Source of the DNA: Iphione sp. A-MEVVRFRX5
Taxonomy: Eukaryota
Assembly (NCBI GenBank): GCA_976226885.1
Contig: OZ320317.1
Coordinates: 59,830,001-59,894,000 of the forward strand
Direction: 5' to 3'
DNA length: 64,000 nt
Part shown: piece by piece, positions 14,601-26,600 of the stretch
How the letters are laid out: each line of letters begins with the position of its first letter
Position numbering within the stretch: the first letter of the stretch is position 1
Notes under the pieces: model-generated
What the model saw: the letters and a program-made list of their open reading frames with translations, nothing else
Databases searched by the model: none
Told to the model about the DNA's origin: nothing
Translations under genes and position numbers: made by a program

Positions 14601-17600
14601 TTTTCATGCTTCAATGGCAAATATCCATTTAAGGTTTGGAAGGTTGTATTTCCGATTTAGCATGAGTCAATTTTCGACGATTTAGCTCAAGCAAAATATT
14701 AACCGAGTGCCAACTTAAAATAAACTTCCAGTCAATATACCTACAGATGATTCTCATACCCGTAATACTATAAACTAGCTCTAGTCTGTATTTCTATCAA
14801 ATAATTAACCAAAGCTTTACAGTGCATACACCTAACATGGTCGTGCCTGTTTAACCTTTTGTGTTGAAGTTTTCGAGAGCACAATACCAGCCCTTAGAGT
14901 TATGTAGATAGCTCACCTCAAGGAAAGACCCAAAATCAGGACAGATCAGGAATCAGGATAACTGCGTCTCGAATTGTCTATTTGAAAATGGACTAGAAAT
15001 CAGGACAAGCTACAAATCAGAACAAATTATCATGGTGCCAGACCTCTCCTAAATTCTGATAATACAAAGGGTATTGGAGCACGCATGGTGTATTGGTGGT
15101 GCTACCTAACCTCGATGTGACAAAAGGAATATGTGTGAAGCCCAGATACTTTGATATACCTTTTGAATGAAAATATGTACCATATTTGGGACAATGTTTC
15201 ATGCCCCGTTAAAAGTAGGTTCCTTTGTTACTTAGAATGAGGAATGTCATACACCAAAGCCAGAAAACAAAGGCTTAACTTGCTGTTGTCCCAACAGATT
15301 GCTGGGGTAAGGAGTGTCCGTCAACTACTGCCGAGTCCGATAACATAAACTGATTATAAACGTGTATTACAAGAAAACTGTTGGATGTGGTAGACCTGTG
15401 TATATGTATTTGCTTTATGTTCCTTACAAGTGTCCTAACACCCAGCATAACTAGAGACAAAGATAGATTACTATCTATAACGCGTATGTTGAACATCATG
15501 TATGTACACGTGTGTGAGTTCATTTATGACTATTTTCTTTGGTTTGACATTCTACCTACATGTATTAGAATAGTTGTCGACAAAAGAATTATTTAAAGTG
15601 AACATATATTCACGGTGAGTCGCACCACGCTGGCCATAGTGATGTCTCCCATTTTTACCTCTATACAAGCACTTATATAGAAAGAAGTAATTAGGCAAAA
15701 TTGAAATATTAAGTAGTTCTTCAAACGTACATAAATACAGAAAGAATTTCAATCTTAAACGGAAACGCGTGGAAATATTTATAACATCGGTTGGACGAAC
15801 AGTCCGTTTCAAGGGAACCTGTCTGTATGCACACCATGGAATGAACGGCTGCGGGCGGATGTGGCATCGATTAAATCAATCGATCTAAGGCTGATCAATC
15901 ACTGAAGGTCGCAGCAACCGACATTAAATGTCCACATATTAATCAAATATTCGGCCACACTTCATGCGCTGGAAACTTTTATATTTCTGGCATTCCTTTG
16001 CAGTTCATTGTCCTTGTGCAAAAATCTAAGCACATTAAATCGGGACTTTTTGATGCGTTGGTCTTCTCTGGATATTCAAAAAGCTCTACGGATAGCGATC
16101 TTCCCAGAGGTATGCAATTAAGTATCGAATAAATCAATTCGTTTTCAGAAAACAATTTTTTCGCTCAATTTGTTTCTTCTGTTGTGCATCGTGTGGAGTG
16201 GCTGAAAGTCAGCCGTGTGACAATGCAGGGTAAAGTATGAATAGACCTGTACTTGTTGGTTCCACTTGGTGGATATGGTTACCCGGACACGCTGGTTGAC
16301 ACGAGTGAATGTATTTCTAGATCATGTTTCTAAACATAGCGGATGGTAGGTTAGGTGGAATGGAGGAGAGGTAGTAATCAATGTCTACAGGTAGTGAGTG
16401 GAAATCTCCTCAGAAAGTACGTTATAAGAATGGTCATTACTTGGCATACGGCCACTTAAGACAGCAACTCTTCTAGTGCTTCTATACGCTTTTAAAATGG
16501 TGTACAGGTGTAGGCTACTGTAACTGGAAAGTGGTTAAGTGTGGTCAGGTGCGCGTTCGTCCAGGCGTTCTGCATAGGCTTCGCGAAGGTGTGCTGTACG
16601 CGATGCCATCTATTTGACTGTTGATACTTGGGTGAAATCGTGTTATGTGTATGAATGTATTTATAAGGATTTTATGTGCGTCTGTATGGATTCGCAAATT
16701 TATGCATGGTGAAGCATTTCAACTGAACGACACCATTTAGATTGAACCATGCGGAGAGAACTGCAAGATGGTGTGTCGGGCTGAATTATCGAGGGAAGGG
16801 ACGTGAGGCGTTCTACACTTAATCCCCTCTCACACCTGATCGGCAAAGCTCATCAAAAGGTGGCAGCACACAGGTAAGCCGCTCCGATACCACCGCTCAT
16901 CCAGGTGTGCTAATAACCAGATCGATGGGCTCCAAGTCACACGGTCACGTGATCCTGGTTGTTATGTAACACTTGTTCTCCGTTGCTAAGGACCTCTGCC
17001 TGCGTAGGCGCTGGTTTTACTTCCGCTTACTGCCATTGGTAAACCGTTAATGCTCGCGCACGCGCACTCCGTTCCTGAGGTGTTTACTTCCGGTGTGCGC
17101 ATTTCCTGTAGGTGGCAGCACGGTAGCGCATGCGCACTGAAGACCACATCAAAGCGAAGGGGCCATGTCACCCATCATTGTCAGCCTAATGCAGATCTAT
17201 TTCGGGATTAAGTACGACCGTGTAGCCGGGCTGTTGGTTATTTATGTTCAATGAGGTGTAATTCCTTGATTTACCGCAACGCTGTAACGTGGCGGCCATA
17301 ATGACTCAGCACGTTTGGATCGACCTCGAAAATGCCACCAAGCGAATGGCAGCTGCAGTCAGCCGTGACGTCATAATTGACAAATAACCAACCGCAAGCA
17401 GCTGTTTGACATCCAGAAGAGTGATTTGCAAGAGCACAATGTCACTGGACGACAATGGGAAATCAAAGCGACTGAAGAGAAATGAGGCAACTGTGACACG
17501 TATGACCTCAAGTACGACGGCATAAATAAAACAATATTTATCTTGGCTATTCGATAGGAATAAAGCATAAACACTTTCATGAAATGTGGTTTACATGGAA

Positions 17601-20600
17601 TGAGTGAGATATGATTTTCATCCCGGTGTGACAAACACGACAGAGCCACGGAAATGTTCACGTAAGCTGGCTACTAGAATTTCTATTTCAGATGACGAAA
17701 CACTAAGCCAATAGTGTATGACTGCCAATAAGCGGACATAATCGCGTATACTAAGTATCGGTAGGTGTTACGGTATTTGATGAGGCAGCATTAATGCATC
17801 ACTAACATACCATAAGCGCTCTTTTAGAAACTAACACTTGGCATCTTTTATCTAATGCTCTCATAATCAATAAAAAAAATTACTGCTAATCGTGACAAAA
17901 CGTGCGACTGAAAAGATATAACACCAATTTCTCAGTTCAAAGGGAATGCAAGTGGCGAAACTAACAGAACTTGCTGCTACTTTTTCGAATGCAAAACGTG
18001 TCACCAAAATTATACTGGATCAGCCAAAGTGTAAACAGCCATTCAATTATCTTTGGAATAAAATAATATGATAAACATACTGATGACAGCCTGATGTTTC
18101 ACTTTGTCATATCATTAAGTACTGGTTCAAATATTATGTTTAGCTTGTCATTGTATGCGACTGGAGTCGTTACAAAATATGGTCATGTCGAATGTAGCGG
18201 TTGCCATTTCGTAGCCTGATATATATGTATGTCTCATGTTCTCCTGTTCCCTGTGACTAGTCACATCTCCCACCGCCCAACCTTTAACTTTGACAGATCG
18301 CTTGCTTGCGTGTGAGTCCTTTCTTGAGGCTTGTTGCCGCAGTTAAGGCTGCTTTAGATTGGCCTTGGCTTTGGTAGAGGAGGCCGGAGGGTGGGATGGA
18401 ATCAAAGGTTTCCACTGGCTCAAGAAGACCGAAGTGTGAAGCAACAGACTGCACACTGATGGCTGCTATGTGGCCTGAGATGCCTTCATCGAAGAAGACT
18501 GATGGGATTTGTACCATAGGAAATGAGGGGCCTTAGTCATGGGAGGCAGCCGGAGGAGGAATCACTGTGACTGCAAGTGGCTAATGGTTCCTACTTCAAG
18601 GCTTTTCACATCCTCCACTCTGGTAGGAACCGCGTGATGGTATTACAAGGTTTTATTATTGCATAATTCCAATTGTTTACTGGCACTACAAATCAAGTTC
18701 GATATGCGGGATATGACCCCTTATCTCATTCATGAATACGAAAGAACCGCCAGATATCAAAACTTGCTGTACTGTAGTGTTATGACACATATGCCTCCAA
18801 CAAATATAGTACATGTATATATTTAGAACACGCCATCACCTTATGAGATGTTATCCACACATTTGGAAGTAGCCAGAGGAATTCTGCCCCAGCATCACAC
18901 AGAACTAACAATGCAAAGGTGTCACTCACATAAAAGGGGGAAATACCGAAAATAATAATAATGATAATGATGATGATCAATTTTATTTCCAGTTTATGAA
19001 AATGAATTCGTACATGCAAATTACTGGTAAGACTGTTGTCAACGAGAGAACATTCAGTGCGAATAATCAACTTAGAATTCCACTGTTAAAGCTTTAAAAT
19101 GGCTGAATGTTAATTTTGAAAATAAGCTTCTCTTTACCCATATTCTTTCAAGGCATGCAGCGTTGATCTCACCTGTTCAAACTGCCTTTACCATACACTG
19201 CTTACAAATCGTCAATATCTAATTCGGTTTTTGCAAGCACCCAAACTCTGTTCGATTTTCCTCATATTCGTGGTTCCAACAGTAAATAGAAGACAAATGA
19301 TTCTGTTTGGCTATCTAGATAGAATCAGATAGTCACAAATTTGAAGGGCTAGGCATTCCTAGGTTACCCCGAACAAGGCTTAGGAATCTGCTTGACAGAT
19401 ACAAAAGAAAGGTGTGTGCAGTAAGGAACGAAAAAGAGACAAGGAGGCGCAGAAGAACTTCGGGAGAGCACTAGGCGACAGCAAACCATTCAAATATCCC
19501 AAGTACAAACGTAGTCTCATTGAGCAAACCTAACCGCAAACCGACATATTTATAACAATGTATCTGATGACGACGTCTCTGACTATCCGCAATATTCAGT
19601 TCCGTCAATTAAAGCGATTGTTGATTGAGAGGGAATGGGCAAGTTAAAGGTTGTGACTTACATACTCAAATGCAAGGCACACGCAGAACCACATATTTCT
19701 TAGAACGCAACACTGGCTTAAACTGGTTATCCCAGTTTTACCTGTGATTACAGCTGCTCATGTAGCTGCCTATCCGTTCGAACTCTATATTCTGCAGGAC
19801 GCATAAAGAATCTTTACCTTGTGGTCTCGGGCTAGAGCGCTAGGTAAACAGGGAAGAATGCTTAGCATTTAGCAGGATATCAGCCACTTCTGGCTTCTTT
19901 CAAGCCGAGAATGCATCCTATCTAGGGCATGGTTCATAACGCTGGGAGAAGAGTGGGGAAAGTCGACATATAGCTCGGCCAACAGAGGTGAACGTTTTAA
20001 TTTCCGGTCCAAGTCTAACGCACGGAACTATATCTGCAGCGGAGTAAGGACGGTCCTGCTCGTTCATATATGATCGCGAATTAAGCAAAGCACTCCAAGC
20101 AGTCATTGTCGACCTTCAATTATATTTACTTTGAAAAGGGCACATTCGATAGGCCTATTGGAAGGAATGAAAACGCATATCGAATGTCTTTCTGGAAAGC
20201 ACCAAGACGACATACAAATTCGACGGGCAATTATTAGATTAACTATCAAATTTCTTAGAATTGACAATTATCATGCTTTTTCGACGCTGAAAGAACCGCA
20301 GAGTGATTAGCCAGTAGTTTCCCTCCGTTTGGTGCTCCTCACAGAATTGGCCAATCAGCTTACAGTGTCTAGACGTTGTTTAGCGGAGTTTACTTCCTCG
20401 CCCGAAGTCCCCTTACTCAATCCCAACTGCAATCTCCGGCCCGGCATGCTGCAAGCACAATCCTACCACGACAGCGATCTCGGGTGGTGATGTACCGATG
20501 GCGCGCGACTGTTTGCACATTGTTGAGACTGTGCCTGCCTCCGTGTTGGTCGCTGTTTTCTGGATCCCAGCAATGGCCATCTGAAGCTGGCTGTGGGTTA

Positions 20601-23600
20601 CGCTTTTGGTAAAAGAAAGCTTTGGGAATGGAGAGAGACGGTGGGGAGTGGGATTTCGAGCAAGGGGGTGCTATTGTATATGCGTGGGAGCTTGTCATTC
20701 GTTCTGAAAGGAACATAGACGGTTAGGTCAATTTACACCGGTCTTGGCGGTCACTACTGGGCACACCTGCACACTCTCGTCCGCAACCCGCTGCGACATT
20801 TCCCACCATCAGACTATCCGCCGCCACCTAGCTTATATCCTCCTACCCCCAATGTACCACCCACCCATCGCCCACCCTTCAAGAAGTGCCCTCCCCATCC
20901 GTATTCCTGCACTTATCCACAGGCGGGCAGGCCACGCGGCGCGTCCAATATCGAATATTGAGCATGTCCCACGTCAAACTTCGACAGGGTGCTTGCTTGG
21001 CCGTTGCCTGGCAACCACAGGAAGTGTACACAGGCGACGCCTAGCGCGCCAGAGCTCGGAATAACACGGCCTGATGGGGACGACTGCGCAGCCGCCCGGC
21101 GCACACAGGAAGAAGCCCACCGCGCATTCTGATACGCATGCGCATCTATTTTGGCAGGATGGAGGGAGGGGGTGCCCGTGGTTGGGCGACTGGCGTCCGG
21201 CTCAGTGGCGCCCCCTGGACGTGGACCTCTGTTTGCAGCATATTACTCTAGTGGCGCCCCGGCCATGTTTGCGCCGCTCGGCAACCGCCAGCGGCCCCAT
21301 ACCGCCTTCTAATATCGCTCACGTTCTTTGACAATAACGCCAATTTCATCTATCAAAATCAGATAATTGGGGGCAGAGGCGGCGGTAGCTGTTCCCCCAA
21401 CCTCTCCGATGGCTTGATGTCGACCAGTGCATCCGTGGGCTGAAGCAGCTTCTCCTTGTCGTTGCCTCCCTGCCCAGCAGAACGTGGATACCTTGTTAAT
21501 CACGACCGCGGCGCCAATATTTGCCTTTAATGCGGAATGAATGTGACGAGTTTGTTGACCGATGCAACCGTGGCTTGAAGCTGGCCGCCACTTTTATTTA
21601 AACGCACCCGTGCCGACGTGATCCCGACTGAGCTGGCAAGAAGGAAGGAGAGAAGGCGGCAAAGGCATCGCCTTGCTCTTCAAACTTTCGAGTCAGAAGT
21701 CCTGTAAGCACTCGCCTTCCTTTCCTTAAAAAGGCTCGATATGAAACGTTTTAGAAAATCATGCATCGCACCTGCTGCGTGAATGCATCAGTGTTATGAT
21801 TTGCCTGTTCGGAATGGAAATATCTATTTTAAGGAAGGAGACACAAGAACAATCTCGTCAACTACTTCTGTTTACATTCAGCCCGGAACTATGGCTGTTT
21901 GATTCGGTTCATTTGGATTAATTCCTTTGTTAAACGAAAGCTAAGTACTGCCAGATAACTTGTATTTCCCTAAAATAAAATACATGTATGGACACCACAG
22001 CAATGTAATCATTCTTATATATTCTTACTATGATATAATAAACGGTTCTGATAACGCGGGCAATATCCATCTTTGGGGCCCTTTTTCGACTAGCTCAATG
22101 AAGGAAATCTAATTTCGACATTAACTCGGTGTATTGTTCTATTGCCCGATAATAGTATCCCTTTTGCAGGCTAGTCTTGTTGTAAATGTAAGCATGTGAT
22201 GTGATGGAACACCGCACCATGATGTCAGAACCTTCCAAAGTAAGACTACCCATTGTTTTCAGTTTAAGGCCAAGAGCTACAGGTGGCTTAAAAATAAATA
22301 GACAAGCAATTTTCTTATAACTTCACAGATTTATTCTATGCACTATTTGTAATTCAAATATGAAAAAAGTTGGGCTTTCAATGCTCATTTATCCAGCAGT
22401 GATCATCAAAGTGATGCTCCTCTTACCATTGAAGGCAATGGCAGAAGAGTAAAAAAGTGGTCATTCTGGAGACAATTCATATCATAAGTTCAAAACCTGA
22501 CAAACAATTTCTGTCAAAAATTATATTTAGCCTTAAATATATATATTATTCAAGATAAAAACAAAAATATATGGTTTCAAGGTTACTTTCTATACAGAAA
22601 TGGACCTGAAAAGTGTACAACTAGAAATTTTTGTAATAGGCTGAATGGCACAGAATTCATCAATTTTGACACGTTTTATGCTGTTAGTCTAAAACATGAC
22701 AAGAGGGAGAGAGGGGAGGGAAGGAAGGAGGGAGAGAGAGGAAGGGAGGGAGGGAGGAGAGAGGGAGGTAGAGAGACACACAGAGGCAGAGACAGAGACA
22801 GAGCATACTGTAGGTCTAGTTTCAACTTCATTCACCAACACAGCCAAAAACCAGTTTCTTGAATTAAGAACATTTTTCTTAAAATAAGAAATATTCTTTT
22901 GTGCATATTAGTTCATAAAATTGCCACTTGGCGCCTGCCGCTCTCGCCCTTAATTTAAAAATCAATCGAGCATGCTTACACGTGTTATTCACGGAATATC
23001 CGTAGATTCGCGTATTTGAAATTAATTCTGTGTAAAGAATATTGTGCGTTGTTCACCTTAATTTTAAACTTCAACATACAAATATAAAAATTATCCTGTA
23101 CAGATTTATGTTTAAATTCGTTTTGCGGTGTGCGGCTGATAGGTATATGTGCAGAGTGATCGATAGTGACATCAAGAGACATTTAGATCTCTGCCCAGAC
23201 ATTTTCTGGATGTACACGCTGATCATAAGACCCTGTCTATCAAATTTCCAAAGACGGTCTGGGTTTGTATACAGAATGTCTGATGTGGATCTCTTCTAAA
23301 ATGCATCATCGCACCATCATAGTCTTAGATTTGAAGGAACACGTAATGAGAACAACACAAATTGGGCGAGTAAACTGAACTGTTATACATTGTATATGGA
23401 ACTTCAATCTTGCTACACATTTGATAATCGTTTGGTTGTGTGTGTGGGGGGGGGGACTGGTACACTGCCGTCGTACTGTTAAGTCATTTTGAGTAAAAAT
23501 ATGTTAACATAATTATGTCTAAAGTCCTAAACGTAAGAATTAATGGGAGAGGGTGCCAAATAGTTCTGAACATACGTGCGTGGATATCTTGGACCTTTAT

Positions 23601-26600
23601 AAAAAATAATTAAAATAACAACCTTTCAACGATTACCTGACAAAAATTTAACAATCCTAAATTGGAAACACTGTCGACAAAAAGTACTGCGTCAAAAAGA
23701 TAGTCAAATGTCTGCTGTTCTCGAGCTCATTTCTTCAGGTTCTTTCAAAATTACCCTTTTCCCCTTGCATGAAAAAGAGCATCACTTCCTTATCTGCGGA
23801 CACATAAGAGCTCACTTCCGGCGGAAGTCATAGGAAAACGAGGCCACTTCCTGTCAACCACGGGAAGTGACGTGCCATAGCAGATGTTTTGGATGACGTT
23901 AAAATTTTGCCACTCTGAGAAAGGTATCTCCGCGGCAACGACAAAATGTTTCATGGGAGTGGGGACTCTTCCCCGTGAGACTCCTCCACCATCTGCAGGT
24001 GTACCCTGGAGGCCTTCCTTTGAAAGGAAAGATAAAGGCAGATATTCTGCTGGGAGTTACAACTCCATCAAGGTGTTACACGATGTCATCGTACACATTC
24101 CTGACCACTCAGAATTCACGTTTCGCTTCCCGAGCCTCAGTTTCTACCCAACTGCTAAGTTTATATGACGCAACCACATCAAAACGTAAGGATAGGGCGA
24201 TTCATTGAGTTATAATGTTCCATACTAAAACGTCTTGTTTACTGACTGTACGTTCTGTGTCGTAACAATCACCCGATTGTCTTACCTATTAATATTGGGA
24301 AACTTACTTTTCGAACCACGTTTACATCTCTTATTGCGAATAAAGGGAGCTTACCACAGACAGAGCCGAATTTTTCCTTGGTAACAGCTAGAGTCAACTT
24401 CGTTCTGCCAAGAAAATAAACCTGTATCGTTTGCACATAATTGTAAGATCTTTCAATATTTCATACACCACGTAGGTGCATGTACATCATTCCATTTTTC
24501 TAATAGTTGCGGTGACCAACCGGTACGAAACGAATTATTATTGTTGTTTGGGGCACCAGATCTTCCTCTAGAGGAACAGGGGGACGGAAGGTAAAGTCCT
24601 ATCTTGTAGCCAACTATCAGACCTCTTCTTTTATGGGATAGACGTTTAAGATGCACCCTATAATTAGAACATGGCGCACCTAAAGAGAATTCCGTAGATA
24701 CGGCAGTACATGTACATATTTTCAATGCTTTGACCTGGGCCCGGGTATCAAGCGGCTTGTCATGGCAGGTAGATGGCCTTGTTGCCTGTAGACACTAGCG
24801 ATTGTCTTATTACTGCTTCGTGGGTAGGATGAAAACGAATGCTCTGCCACATTCATTATATAGAGAGGTCAAGCTGGGGCGACATGAAGTCGCAGCAACT
24901 ATACATATATGCTGCTCTTGATGCGATGATTAGGTGCATGTGCCAGTCGTCATTCAGCACCAATATGCGGGCATACAGCGGATCAATGCAGAGACTAATA
25001 CCGTTATATAAGGTTACAACATTCCAATGCACTGATGAAACCCGATTATGTGAGGCTTCTCCATGTAGAAGAATAAAATGGCATGTTTGAGAAGAACTGA
25101 CTAGCCGCCAAACACATAAGCCGTTGCCTGTCAGTAAGACCTCTTTCTTTGAAACTGAAAATACCCGGGAATTATCTGTTTGTGAACACAAAGCCCATAG
25201 CTTAGATGGACGATGAAGGATCTACGCGCCTTCTATTCGGCCCGTGCAGTTAATGATGAGATTCCGGGCTCCCCATTTGAAGGTCAGCCGATATATATTC
25301 AGGCTGATATATGTGTATCGGGTTGGTATATTATCAAATATATCCACCCAACCGGTACATTATTCTAACGATCCTGCTCCTCCGGGACCAGAGGACCTTT
25401 AGCACTGCCTTCATTCAATCAGGTTGTAGTGTTCCTCACAGCGACGACAAGACCTGAACGACGCCATTAGGGCCTACGTGACACGGTAAGTTAAACTTAT
25501 TACTATCCGAATGAAATCAAAAGGTTTTACACTACTCATCAGACAGTAGTGAGGGCATGGAAAGCAGCTATTACCATACGTCAGAAGCAATCAGGGTGGG
25601 TAGAACTATCTCCCACAACCATTTTAGGATAATTTTTCAAACTTGTACACAAGATAACGATAACAGGACTTATTGCTACTTGTGAGGCTGTTGCCTTATC
25701 AGTAGTCAAGGCTGCCGGCCCATCCATCAGATCCGGGTGTCATGGCAACCAATGGCAGCGCCAAATGAATTTGAACATTGATTCATTACCTTCGATATGA
25801 TGGTCATCTATCACGGCTCGACGCGCCACCTGGCGCTAAGAAATGGCAGCATGCTGACAGTTTACATACACACCAATTGAACTTTGTCAAGCGTCCAATT
25901 AGAAACCGCTACTTTTTTACCTCCCACGAGTGGCAACTACCAACATCCTCCACTCATCTATGCATCTTCCGGTCTCAGTCGCCTACCGAGCATATTTGAC
26001 TAGTTGTCTCGAGTGAAAAGCTATTAGCATGCTCGTTAAGCGTGCTGCGCAGCAAGAAAACGCCACTATTGCTAATCTAACATTACTGACGCTGCAATGG
26101 GAAATGCTAGTGTGAATACGTGACCGCTGACAAATACATGTATAATGTTGGTATATTAAATTCATTTTAAGCACAGGTATAGTACATAATATATTACTAT
26201 GTATAATTCCAAAATGCTAAGACAAGAATTGTTTGTATAATATAGATAATAGCATTACAACTATGTAGTTGTCTGATACATCGTTCAGTTAGAGACTAGT
26301 TGAACGGTTGCTACTCTGTTTTCTAGCCTCCTATGAAGGAGTGAGTAGCACAGACCGAGGTGCTCGGCGAAGCCAATGTCATTGAGCGCGCCGCCGTGTG
26401 TTGCACGCAGTCAGGTCTACTGTAACGCGGGTGTAATGGAGCATGTCATGATCAAAGCGGTCCCCATGGCTCGTTCTTTATAAGTAGTCGTTCACATGTG
26501 CGCCCCCTGTTTACATACTGTTGCTGTGCTCACCTTTAACAATGACAACCAGCAGCTTGGGAGGAAAGCGAAACGTGGGACAGAAGTTCGAGAAAAAATA

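Noticed and set aside
18284-18517. 77-aa minus-strand ORF in the long intron
   Set aside because: Possible phase-1 acceptor but no credible donor before the stop, and no domain similarity.
19900-20240. Faint L1/Tx1 RT-like words (GVR..., QDDI) on the plus strand
   Set aside because: Needs several frameshifts and stops; too degenerate to call without a profile search.
25213-25368. Plus-strand mini-ORF containing the filamin-like IPGSPF
   Set aside because: Six-residue match only, no flanking filamin pattern and no splice support.
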